Shown here: positions 26,916 through 39,368 of the stretch, in pieces
How positions within the stretch are numbered: the stretch's first letter is position 1
How the letters are laid out: every line of letters starts with the position of its first letter
Assembly (NCBI GenBank): GCA_051294905.1
Contig: CM119373.1
Coordinates: 1,366,001-1,430,000, forward strand
Reading direction: 5' to 3'
Length of the DNA stretch: 64,000 nt
Origin: Botryllus schlosseri
Taxonomy: Eukaryota
The notes under the pieces: generated by a model
Database searches by the model: none
What the model was told of the DNA's origin: nothing
What the model saw: only the letters and a program-made list of their open reading frames with translations
Program-made: the position numbers and the translations under genes

Positions 26916-29061
26916 CAGTGGTTCCCAACCTGTGGTACGCGTACCACTAGTGGTACGCGAAGGTCTTTCAGGTGGTACGCGGGTAGATTCTGTTTTTTTT
27001 CAACCGAAGGGAGTTATTAGTTCAGGTGGGATTGATTTTGATTGTTTTGAACTTTTTTGACTAGTGGTGAAAAAACAATTCCATGCATCTCATCAACCCG
27101 GGCTGATAATCCCTAGTTTAATAGAATTTGTTATTACTAGGGTTATTTTTCTATACAAAATTGAGTGTTAAGTCAAAAAATGGTCAAAACTGTTTACAAA
27201 GTAAAAAAAAATTGACCCCTCCATTTCGTTTGTATCGTAGATTTTGATATTTTGCAGCTTGTAGCCCACTTTATACGTCTACCGTTGTAGGCGGCCCATT
27301 GTCTGCTCATCGTGGACCATAAACTATCAAACGAAACAAACATGTTGACAATTGACATGGTGTTATGCTCAACGTAACGCAATATCCTAAGTGAAGCAAG
27401 ACTGCTTGGGCATTGCATGGTTATTTTATCAAGAAGCGCATGATGAATAATTGTGATGTATGACAACATTGTCAGAATGGAGCAACATGTTGCGTCACCA
27501 GCAGTGTACGCACAACTTCAGTGTTGTCAGCCAACAACTGCTGCTGTTAAACGGTATTTCTCCATCCTTGGCAAGCTACATAGTAAGGACAGACACTTTC
27601 TACCCGAGAATGTAGGAAATTATCTTTCGTTGTTGACAAAATTTGTCATTTTTCAGTCAAACTACTTCGCAAGGACAGACAGTCCCAACCAGAAATGAAT
27701 ATAAGTAGCACAATTTTAACATTATGTGCGAAAACACATAATCTGGGTACGTGAAGTCAAAATTTGGTCAAAATTAAGTTTTTTTACGTCAAAATCTTCC
27801 GATTTTTAAGTAAAAAATCGCCCTAGTTATTGCACCTCTCATAGCTCAAATACGTTAGTATGACGTCATAAATGGTGAAAATATTTTTGATCGCCTACGG
27901 CAGTGGTTCCCAACCTTTTTCCACCCACGTACCACTTCGAGGTTTTATGCAGTGCTCGCGTACCACCTGCACAATTTACGCACGCCGTAGGCGATCAAAA
28001 ATATTTTCACCATTTATGACGTCATACTAACGTATTTGAGCTATGAGAGGTGCAATAACTAGGGCGATTTTTTACTTAAAAATCGGAAGATTTTGACGTA
28101 AAAAAACTTAATTTTGACCAAATTTTGACTTCACGTACCCAGATTATGTGTTTTCGCACATAATGTTAAAATTGTGCTACTTATATTCATTTCTGGTTGG
28201 GACTGTCTGTCCTTGCGAAGTAGTTTGACTGAAAAATGACAAATTTTGTCAACAACGAAAGATAATTTCCTACATTCTCGGGTAGAAAGTGTCTGTCCTT
28301 ACTATGTAGCTTGCCAAGGATGGAGAAATACCGTTTAACAGCAGCAGTTGTTGGCTGACAACACTGAAGTTGTGCGTACACTGCTGGTGACGCAACATGT
28401 TGCTCCATTCTGACAATGTTGTCATACATCACAATTATTCATCATGCGCTTCTTGATAAAATAACCATGCAATGCCCAAGCAGTCTTGCTTCACTTAGGA
28501 TATTGCGTTACGTTGAGCATAACACCATGTCAATTGTCAACATGTTTGTTTCGTTTGATAGTTTATGATCCACGATGAGCAGACAATGGGCCGCCTACAA
28601 CGGTAGACGTATAAAGTGGGCTACAAGCTGCAAAATATCAAAATCTACGATACAAACGAAATGGAGGGGTCAATTTTTTTTTACTTTGTAAACAGTTTTG
28701 ACCATTTTTTGACTTAACACTCAATTTTGTATAGAAAAATAACCCTAGTAATAACAAATTCTATTAAACTAGGGATTATCAGCCCGGGTTGATGAGATGC
28801 ATGGAATTGTTTTTTCACCACTAGTCAAAAAAGTTCAAAACAATCAAAATCAATCCCACCTGAACTAATAACTCCCTTCGGTTGAAAAAAAACAGAATCT
28901 ACCCGCGTACCACCTGAAAGACCTTCGCGTACCACTAGTGGTACGCGTACCACAGGTTGGGAACCACTGGCCTACGGCGTGCGTAAATTGTGCAGGTGGT
29001 ACGCGAGCACTGCATAAAACCTCGAAGTGGTACGTGGGTGGAAAAAGGTTGGGAACCACTG
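26916..29061. mobile_element. 1069-bp hAT element (outer copy), interrupted by an inverted copy of itself
   Basis: TIR CAGTGGTTCCCAACC; outer TSD GTCTACGT (26908-26915, 29062-29069); carries a hAT C-terminal dimerisation-domain remnant (QPTTAAVKRYFSILGKL..DRHFLPEN). Confidence 0.93.
27901..28969 (-). mobile_element. Inner, inverted copy of the same 1069-bp hAT element
   Basis: Has its own exact TSD GCCTACGG (27893-27900, 28970-28977). The 81-aa ORF is duplicated on both strands (27453-27698 +, 28187-28432 -). Confidence 0.93.
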
Positions 29062-29945
29062 GTCTACGTAGTTCGGTATGCCGTGCTTGTTGGGTCGCGG
29101 ATATATTCGTGCTGTGAAGACATAATAAATGCGCTGCAAGGTGGACGATAATGGGAATGGACAATGGATATTACGCATTGACGAATGGACATTTCGTAAA
29201 GTCGGTCCAAAACTCATGTCCAGTTTCCAATCGATTATATGTTCGCCGATACTATCGTGTCGATATTAAACTTCGAAGGAAACATCGGTATCGGTCACGA
29301 GATGAAAAATATCGGCAATTTCCATCATATTACGACATGGTAATAGGGAGTCAGAGAATTACAATCTGTGACTGTTACACTTGGAATATTGATCTGATTC
29401 TTGCAGATTACAGACAGAAGTGATATGAGTAGTCATCCCTTATGCACAAGTGAGAGTAGAAGTAACGTCGTGATTTTTTACTCAAGTACAAGTAGAAAAG
29501 GCGATTTCCAAGAAATTACGAAAGTGAGTAGTCAAAGCCTGGACACCGAACAATGTGATGTAGAAGTAGTCTAAAATCATAACCATTTGAGTAATTTCTG
29601 CAATTGAATAGTATATTCATATTGAAATAAATCCGAACCAGATTATATCAAGACCAAGCATAGCAATGGCTCTAAAGCTGTTCATATAAACCCTCTGATG
29701 TTTGGGAAATGTCAATTTATGCTGAATATTATCTGAATATATATAATGGTATCGATATATCTATTTACATTCAGACATTTTGCAGACACACACACACACG
29801 TGTATTTGATTATCATTAATGCCAACCATTTCACCTATAAAGACGCATCTCTGTTCCGCGTAAGCGGCGTCTTACAAAAAGACTTGGGCCGTGCTACAAG
29901 TCTGTAAATACGGAATCAAAAATTGGCCTGGTGTAACATGACCAT

Positions 29946-30539
29946 TAGGGCTGTTCAAAAATAACTTTTTCTTCTGGATTCCAGCCATTCAGGTTACCGT
30001 AAAAAACGCTGGGCACCAAATTTGGTTCAATTCTAACAAGTATAAGGCTCCGCAGATCCAATTAAAATTTTTAATTTATAATAGGAAATTGAAAAAAAAA
30101 GTTCAAATTTTTCCGTCAGCCACATGAAATTGTTCAGCTGTCTTCAGAGACGATGCAAAACAAATTTGACTCAATTCCAACGAGTAGAAGCGGAGTTATA
30201 CGAGTTTTTCGGATTTTCCACGGATTATCCTTGATCGGCGATAATCCGAGGATTATCAACGAATACTCAAATAACTCCACTTGTACGGGTTGGAATCGAG
30301 CCATATTTGTTTTGCATCCTTTTCGAAGACAATTCGATAATTTCATGGGGTTGATCGAAAAATTTGAAATTATTTTAAAAAAATTTTACGTAATAAATTA
30401 AGAAATTTAATTGGCTCTGCGAAAGCTTAGACTTGTTAGAATTGAACCAAATTTGGTATGCAGGCTTTGTCAGGGTAACCTGACAATTTAATCAGTGAAT
30501 GACTGGAATCCGGAAAAAAGTTATTTTTGAACAGCCGTA
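29946..30539. mobile_element. MITE with long imperfect TIRs, inserted into a SINE family A copy
   Basis: TAGGGCTGTTCAAAAATAACTTTTT / AAAAAGTTATTTTTGAACAGCCGTA; exact TSD ATGACCAT; SINE halves at about 29842-29945 and 30540-30592. Confidence 0.85.
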
Positions 30540-32739
30540 ATGACCATTGACCAATGTAGTCGAAACACCATGCTTATCTAAAACAAACAAACGCAGAGTA
30601 ACTCGGATTGTTTGACTAAACAGGCTTCTCCGGAATTCAAACAATCCAACGCACAAATCAAACGACCAATCGGGTGAATCGTGCCTACATAAAGTTACAA
30701 ATTTACAATTACGAATTTACGCAACCGTTACTACGTGGCGGCAAATACGCTATTCTCATAGTTCAGTCAACTGCTCAACATATAGCAACTGCGACATGTA
30801 GCATCTGTATATAGTTTGTAGTTAGTTCGAGATATGATTTAGAAGTCGGTTGTATAAATGTCATTGCGGCCAAGGTCTCAGTCAGTATATGGTTACATTT
30901 GTTTAGTGTTGTGCTTTCAGGCATCTCGGTTTATTTTATGCAATTTACGGCGCTGGTAGGTAATACATCTGGAAACAATCGACAGTCAGACGAGTTTTCA
31001 GAGTTGTTGTCTCATTCCGAAGACGCGTTCATCGTCTCTTGTAGAATTGGAGTAGGCTCAGCTCTTTTAAAGGACAAAACACACAGGCTACTTTGCTACT
31101 TGACCCATAATGGATGGTGAAACTGAATACAATATGCATATGTAGCCTAAGGCTTCCCGGTTCGGCTCTGTCACGAGCCACAATACCATAGCGTGAAATC
31201 TTGGAGATGAATTGGATACAACATCAGGCATTGCCCTACGATACTGCCTGCGACGTTATAATTAGTGATCTCAATAGGTGAATAGATGAAGGCCTGAATT
31301 AGCGTTAGAATAGGCCACATGAATATAAAAATACTCTGACATAGTCAAGGGGAATGCGATGCAAATATCAATTCATGAATGACTGGTGAGGATTCGGAAG
31401 TGACTTCGTTGTCGGCTGCTACGAATACGGATTGATCGTTAACTGACTGCTGTTCAGATTCTCCTAATATATTAATTACGTCGTAGAGGACATACTAGTC
31501 GTTCCTAGTACGTATAGTAATGTAAGTGCGGCACTTTCGTATACATACCATGGCCTATGTGTAAATGTCCTGTCCGTAGCAGTCAAAGGTAGTCTCAGAA
31601 TGTTCCTCACAGAACGCTGTGAGGAATGTGTCACATCGTGTTAAACTGGGTTGTTATTTATGTAAATGTATAAGTCTATAAGAGGTTTGACACGGGGAAA
31701 ATGTAGATAGTATGGAATGCATACGCCTTGTGCGTCGACAGTTTTTGGACCCATAAATCACAACGTTTAAGTACACAGTGTACAGGCTCTCTCTGGCAGA
31801 AAGTAGTGTTTTTAAGGTTGCATATAATCAAAAATCAATTTAAAGCAAACGTGTTTGAAAGATGGCCCCAATTTAAAACATGTTTTTTATTTTTTTCAAG
31901 CCATGACGTCACGGACATTCAATTGTGAAGTCATAGGGGATTGACATTGGCAATTGAAAATATAGGGTAAATATCTTCTTTGACGAAATATATGTAATAT
32001 TGCTAGTGAACCGACTATTTTGAGGGTTCCAACCGTCCCATATTGATATACGTCGGCTACATCGGGTCGTAATTGTCCGTAGGCTCATACAACATGTTTT
32101 TTGTGAAGTATTTACACAATTATGGCGTAATTCTAGAACTTGAAAAAACATGATTTTGTTTATTAAAGGCCGTTTTTGAAAACGCCGTTTGTTTTAAATG
32201 CAAACCTAAGTAATATGGGCAATATTGTCCGGACAGCGAAGTGGCATAACCTCTACAAGTCGACAATCGCACTTATTTGCGATGCTGTTAGTGAATCTGC
32301 ACTTGTTGTGAAGATGCATCTTGCAACTTTCAATGATGTCAACAACGATCGACTGACATAAGATTGTCAAATCTTGTCCCAATCTAATTACCTGAAATAA
32401 ATAGCCCGAGTAATTGCAATACTTCCGTTTCGTACTTCGACTTTCAATAAGTAAATAGGCTTTTATTACACTTTGACATTGACCTGTGTAATCGTACTAT
32501 GATCAACTATGTGCTACTGACCAGATGACTATGTTCAAATGGAAATATGTAGCGGGAAAACAAAATATAATCAGCCTATGCGATTTAATTAGCGAGCAGA
32601 TGGATAAAGGTTAACTATTTTTGTTGTCATTTGAATGTGACCGGCATTAACGAAATGCTTCAATATGACAGGTAACTAGAAAACTAGTTGCTAATCATCA
32701 CGCGAATACTACAATCAGACAAGATATCAAACGGTTTCA

Positions 32740-32794
32740 ATGGCAGAAGGAGGTCACGACCCACGTGGTCAGAAAATCAACCCGTCATCTGAAG
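32740..32794 (+). CDS. Putative first coding exon of the NLR gene (MAEGGHDPRGQKINPSSE)
   Basis: ATG in a typical MAEGG start; GT donor at 32795; phase 1, compatible with the downstream exons. Confidence 0.45.
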
Positions 32795-32904
32795 GTATTG
32801 TCGCTCTTGAGGTCATATTTTCACAATTTAGCCGTAGTAGGAAATATAATTCGCATACGAATGTCCGTATTGCAGTCGCTTCTTTTGTACATATCATTTT
32901 GAAC

Positions 32905-34410
32905 AGTATATTCATATTGAAATGAGCCCGAATATTTTCCGCGGACACTCGTCAGTGGTGGTGGTCGTCAGCAACTAATATGGAATTGGAAAGAGCATTG
33001 CATATTGCAGCAGTATAGGGACTTGACGGCATTCATGTAATAACAAAGTAGCTGACCGATTCAGGGTTGTAATGACTCGAGTCACGATTTTCTGACAACT
33101 CGACTTGACTCGAGTCATTTTCTCAAAATTCTGAAATAACTCGACTCGAGTCAATCTGTGTGTTGACTCGACTTGGACTCGAGTCATTGCGCATGACTCG
33201 AACCAAGTCATATGACTGGAGACCGACATTTCATTGTAATTTCGAGTAATAGTGAAGTAACAGCACTATTGGGATTTCGTCTATTGGTACTGGTACTTGA
33301 AAATGCGACCAGAAACTGCTAAAAATGAGGAAAATTAGTAGCCTATATTATAAAAGCGAACCATTCGATATCATAAAACAGAGTTATAAAAAAGTGGGTT
33401 TAACAAGACTTTGACTGGAAACTGAGCAGTCAACACAGTGACTTAACTCGGACTCGAGTCATAATACCATGACATCGGACTTGACACTGTTATCGAAGAC
33501 TTGGCCTCGGGCTTGACTCGGTGGTGAATTGAAAATGACTCGACTTTACTCGTGTCAAAACTATAAAAGTGAGATTGACTTGTGACTTGGACCCATGTGA
33601 CTTGGAGCCATGTGACTTGGTTACAACCCTGGACCGATATATATTAGGTTACCATTTCTGGCTACATAACCCTGAGGTTTGCGAATTCTTCAATCCCCAG
33701 ATGTTTACTCCAACACGAAGTATATTTGGAGAGAATAAGACGTCCTTGGGGTAGCGGTTATCAATGAGTCTGCGAGTATTTTTCAGTTCACGCGTTAAGT
33801 AGCCTACTCGACAAATGAGAGAATCAGGTCATACTCATGGCATGCATTGCGTAACGATAGCTGGGCTGGACAGTGACATTAAATATCGGGATAATAATCC
33901 TAAGTCCAATTCAAGGTGACACAATCAACTGCAATATCAACAATCGTATCACGAAATATGACGTCACCAGCATGGAATGAAGTCTCAAATAAAAGAGCTT
34001 TCAATGTACAAATTTAAGGTGGTACACGAACTCCTTCTGTAGACGAAGCTTGGGCTGATGTATTTTGATAAAGGTCGACTCCAACACGCACATATGAAAG
34101 CAAGACCGGTCCCTTCCGACGACGCGGAATATGTCGTCTCGATAACGTTTTGCACATACGCGATTATTCAACAGATGTTTGCCAATGGCAGAGTTCATGG
34201 GCTTTGATCGCTCAGCATCGAGCTTGAGCGGATGGGTCAAGGGCGATCTTTTCACCGAGCGTGATGCACGTGATCTGAAAAATCTAGGGGACATGCATGC
34301 TGGTTTATGCAAACGCTGCGACGTTCTATATACGTGGCTACAATCACAATGGCACTACATTACTTCGTTGCAGTGCAGGAAGCACGTCTTTCCGTGTTGA
34401 AGGGAGCTTA
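32905..34410 (-). mobile_element. Penelope-like element 3' remnant (GIY-YIG C-terminus plus pLTR with degenerate hammerhead), split by insertions
   Basis: CHCD..RTSQRL and SAIGKHLLNN..F.VV..LES.FIK..QP.L..QKEF (ORF 34001-34312). The pLTR matches 2750-2861 once 33005-33934 is removed. Confidence 0.8.
33062..33631. mobile_element. hAT MITE (GACTCGAGTC family)
   Basis: TIRs CAGGGTTGTAA / TTACAACCCTG; TSD GACCGATT / GACCGATA. Confidence 0.85.
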
Positions 34411-35592
34411 TCATTTTATTATAATGTACAAAATTGATCAAAAGATAAAGTTGTTGCCATATCAGCAATCTTAGCAAGTGTCAAAGTATCCTACTTATTC
34501 ATGCGATTTTCATACCCTTGCAATTATAATAGCACCAGAGTGCATTTGTTTCGGTTCCTTCGCGCCATGATTCGAATTCCTGCATTCATTCTTACACTGC
34601 ACAGTGCACACCTCATCTGTTGCCTTTGCTATCTACTTATTCAAACACTGGCCTCTCATCAAATCTACATACCTATCATTTTCTTTGTTTGATTTTATGT
34701 CATCTTTCGTTTACCAATGATATATATTGGCCACACACATACAATGTACATCAATACGAAATTGTGCACACATGAGAAAGCCGGTTGGCGATTGATATAA
34801 AGGCTTTGCGGTGAGTGTCTGTCACACCATCGTCAATTAAATTTGCAACTGCACTTTCTTGGTGCAAAGAACAAATATATTTATCTGTTAAGCGACACGA
34901 TGGCTTACAATATTCCTACAAAGTCGATTGCGGGAGTTCTTGCTCAATGTCAGATTAATTATTTCCGTTATTATCTAACAATCCTACATCGAGATGGCAC
35001 TAATCGCGTATTACCAATCTTCTTTCGAAATATGTATCCGCGATCTGAAAATAATGCATGAATACAACGTTGCGTTGAGTTTCCTTATCCAGCTCAATTT
35101 GAACAATAATTTCTGGATTCATATTGCGTTGGTAAGTGACTTCATACCTGATAATTACTAATTTACTAGGGAATATTTTCTGTGCGGAGCCTAATTGTCG
35201 TGGTGACGATAATCGTTGTGATTCAGCCGACAAATAAGTAGCCGAACGCTGTATATAACCTCGAGTTAGACAAGACGTGACGAAGTTGATCATCGATAAA
35301 TAAATTCCGCCAACGATTTTTTTTTCGGCAGGCGTGTTCAACATTATAATCGCGGCGGCATTTCACATACTTTCACACTTTCACAGCCGCCAGTTTCGCT
35401 CGGACGGCACCGTATCGGCGCATCCAAAATCTCGCCCAGCCAGTCCCATATAAACTTTAATGAATTATTGCGGCAAACTCGACTCATCTGCTTTATTGCA
35501 AAATTCCATAGTATTCGTACATTTCGTAAAAATCAGGGCAGCAGCTACCCATGGGCACAAAGGCATTTCGTGACATATTCTAGAATCTAGAG

Positions 35593-36419
35593 CAGTGATT
35601 TCCAAACTGTGTGCTTCGAGAGATTAGTCTGCCGCCAAAGATTATCAGATGTGCCGCGTATCATTTTTTTCATAAATTTTAAAAATGAGGCATTTAGGCT
35701 AGCATATCCGACTTGAACGCGTTCAAATTGCTTCATTGCTGATGAATAACCACACGTCGTGGCCATTACAACGGAACCAATCCAATCACGGCATTGCCGA
35801 TGAGTTGGGTAATTGGCACATCGCAAGTGGACTGTTTCAAAGCAAGTCTTTATTTGTTTCAAACTCCCAATGAATCAACTCATAATCAAAAAATTACTCA
35901 GCATAGCGTTGGCACACGGCCTCGACTTCATCGTACACTGCAATATATATTTTCAGAATTTGTTGTTCACGTTACGTGGGTTGATTGTCTGTCCAGCAAT
36001 ATTTTTTCAGAGCAACAGATGATTGATTTACGAAACTCTACGTTTTTTAAACGGTGTTTGGGTGGGTTTTTGCTGTCTTCTTCCAAATCCTATACCGGTA
36101 CCATGATAGGTACAAAAGCAATCCGAATTTTATTGCGATATTGATCTTCATGACTTGATATGAAGATTGATTTATTGGTTTATTGTTTTGGCTAAAATTA
36201 GGAAAAAAAAACTATTTAAGGATTATGAAAGACTACTTGAAAATGAAATTGACGACGATATGTTTGTCAGAAATGCAAGCTGTTTCTGTCGTATAAAGAA
36301 GAATAGCCATCGCATTACCACGTATAATATTTTAAAAATGCAACTTTCTTGTAACTGTGCCAGGGATGTTTTATAATTTTTCTGGTGTGCCACATACCGA
36401 AAAAGTTTGGAAACCACTG
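35593..36419. mobile_element. Older hAT MITE
   Basis: TIRs CAGTGATTTCCAAACT / AGTTTGGAAACCACTG; TSD only partly conserved (ATCTA). Confidence 0.65.
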
Positions 36420-37260
36420 ATCTAAGTGTGTATTTGTGGGGTCATGTGATCATCACAGTCCTGATTTCATAGAGTTTTCACAGAGGACGCTGTTTCTTAA
36501 TAATTGTCCATTGCTGTCTTCCATGTATACGTAGCTGCTCAGCATTTCTGGTGAATGTTCCCTGAGATCATAGGTCTTTTTGAGTAGCCTAATACCAGTT
36601 CAAAATTACAAGACAGAAATATTAATTTACGGTAGCGACATCTAGATATCCCTGATTTACAGTAGCGAGACCGCTGTTGCCATTTTCACCATAAACAAAC
36701 TACGCTAGTTCTGATGTAGCTATTGTCTGCTGATAAAATACTCGTCCTGAATAGTGGTGATTTATTTTTATTCGTCACCAGTCTAAAATTATGTGTATCT
36801 TAGTACACAGTAGACGGCGCTTATGACTTCATAGATCGGCAATCGGCAAGGAGTTCTACCTGTGGCAAACAATGACTCACGGACGATTAAATTTGCTTTA
36901 TGAACCCGTGACAAACCATACAAATCCAGGAAAGATGGATATAAACTGGACACTCTCTTGGTACAAGTGGGTTTGCTTATGTAGGCTATATCACGCAGAG
37001 TACCATAAATAGGTAAATCGACCGTCCTATGAAAATCCAGAAATTTAAGAACCTAGCCGAACGCAACGAACTACTGAAGTTCTAAGACCGAGAGAGTTCG
37101 GTCTGAGTGACCTCATTACCGCTGCACAGTAAATCCATTTACTTGTTCGTACTACGTTGTCTGCAGTCTGCACACTACTTACATTGAATATGTCACACCA
37201 AGTTCAAAGATAATAGGTCTGAGATTCTGAACAATTCACTATGCAAACTTGCATTTTTAG

Positions 37261-37320
37261 ATAAGCAACGAATAATACGTGCTGGAGGAAGCGGAAGAAG
37301 AGGAGCACCAAACGAAACAG
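37261..37320 (+). CDS. Putative NLR micro-exon (60 nt, phase 1-1)
   Basis: TTTTTAG acceptor and GT donor; open frame KQRIIRAGGSGRRGAPNET. Confidence 0.5.
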
Positions 37321-39314
37321 GTAGCCTAGATTTGTTTTTCCGACCCTCGCGATATTCATCAGCTGATATCAAGTAATGCTAGCGTAGCGTGCATGATACG
37401 TATAAATCTTTATGCTCACAGCATTAGCTGTACCGGCTCGTGGGTGTATCTATCGTTCATCTGCGTAATTCCTTGATTTAACTTGGTCGCAATGTTACCT
37501 CTAAGCCGCGTACGCGCGCAATTGCTCAGTGCTGACACGGTCTCTGCGCACAGAAAATCTAAGCTGCGCACAAAAATCCGAAGTGATGACCTCTTTTTTA
37601 ATCGTTACGCACTGTTGTCCAAGGGACCGAGCAGTGAGTTGATGAGTGTGCGCAGACTCGTGAAAAATTAGAAAAAAAACCTATTTCTTCAATTTGACCG
37701 TTCTTCATTCACAATGATAGGCCAATAAAGTAAGCTACAAGCTGTAAAATGTCATATGATAAGTTCCTCCATTAAGCCTTCATCGACAGTGTAAACAACT
37801 CCGATACAAACGAAACGCAGGCTGCAAATAATTGATTTTGTAAACAAATATTACAATTTTGACAAAATTTTGACTTATTGTGACACGTCAAATTGCCCTA
37901 ATTATCAGTTCTATCGCTTGTGTGTAAATTAGGTACGGCTGCGGTTATTGCAGGTTCACGGTTTGATGTAGGCATCAATTAATCAACTTTGCACTCAACT
38001 GTGTATAAGGTGTTGCACGAGTAAATTATTTTCATACAATATAATCGTAAAAAATCGAACTTTCCATATTTTAGGCATCACTCTCAGATATAGTTAGCAA
38101 CAAAGGGCTACTTATTTTGCAGACTACTCAATTATGTGTTGCCTACTAGTAATAGGCCTACTTCCAAAAATTGGTCATGTTTTTTGAATGCTGAATGCTT
38201 CCACTATTACTCGATAGTAATCCAAAGAAAGTCAACTCACCATTGTACTTTGAATTTTGTTATGTAGAGTGTAGTTTTTGACATGTATTAGAAATCACCT
38301 CTTCTAGTTGTATTTAATAACAAATTTATGGCATCACCTGTATTTGAGTATCCACGCTGAGTAATACAAACTACTTTATACCTTAGTATGAAGTACGTTT
38401 ATATATGTCAAGAGGCGTCATGCAATGTCATAGCATTGCAAACTTGGTCTGCAATTTGCATCCTTATAATACTACCCATCCCAATAAGAGTACCCTCAGA
38501 CATGATTCGTACTTTAAAATATACTTCACACCATGAATACTCTATCAGATTACGGTCCACTCGTGTGATTCGAACGTATCAGTAAGTTAATTTCTTAGCG
38601 TCACGAATTTTTTCTTTCAAATATAGTATTGAACCCCTTTAACACGTGGATTCGGCACGTCCGATGCCATGACATACGATTGAATTTCAATTTCAAGTCT
38701 GGATGATTCGAGACTGAACTCAATAATGGTGAAAATGCAGCCTTTGCGCACTTTATTTTTCGAGACAAATAATTTTAAGCCATCATTCACTCTCAGTGAC
38801 CGCGGGCCATACGTTTGACACCCGCATCTAAAAACTTGTCATGTATAGGAAATCAGAGAGCGCAGATTGCTGTGATATCGATTCAATCTTCGAGGAATAT
38901 CATAATATGGAATACTCACTCGGAGACCAATATTTGCGGTTCCACTATGTCTCAGCATCCCTGCGCTTTTTACACTGGTCTATATTTCAGACCTACGTCA
39001 ATCGAGTTCGGTGCAATGTCTCATCTTTTAAGAACGTTGCGTCTCTTCAATAAAATTATCGACGAGTATACCATATAAAAATCTGACACATAAAACACAG
39101 ACTTATAATAGCCACCAGTGTTGCGAGTTGCGACAGTGTCGATGTAAGCACAACGCGATTCACGTCTGCAGTCTTTGTGATAAGAATACACAATTGATTA
39201 CAATACGTTTCATATATGACTTGAAGATGAATGACTGGTATTTAGTATAGAATTCTCTCGTGCTTCGACGTCACAGTCACGAACGGTGTCTGACTGGTTC
39301 AATTGCTATAACAG

Positions 39315-39368
39315 GACAAGTTCAGCGAGGTCGGGATTCTAAGGAATCACCCATACCTGATGCAGCAA
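39315..39368 (+). CDS. Putative NLR micro-exon (54 nt, phase 1-1)
   Basis: TAACAG acceptor and GTAAGT donor; QVQRGRDSKESPIPDAA; paralogue of 42431-42484. Confidence 0.65.

Noticed and set aside
27453..28432. Two identical 81-aa genes on opposite strands
   Set aside because: They are a hAT transposase C-terminal remnant duplicated by the self-insertion.
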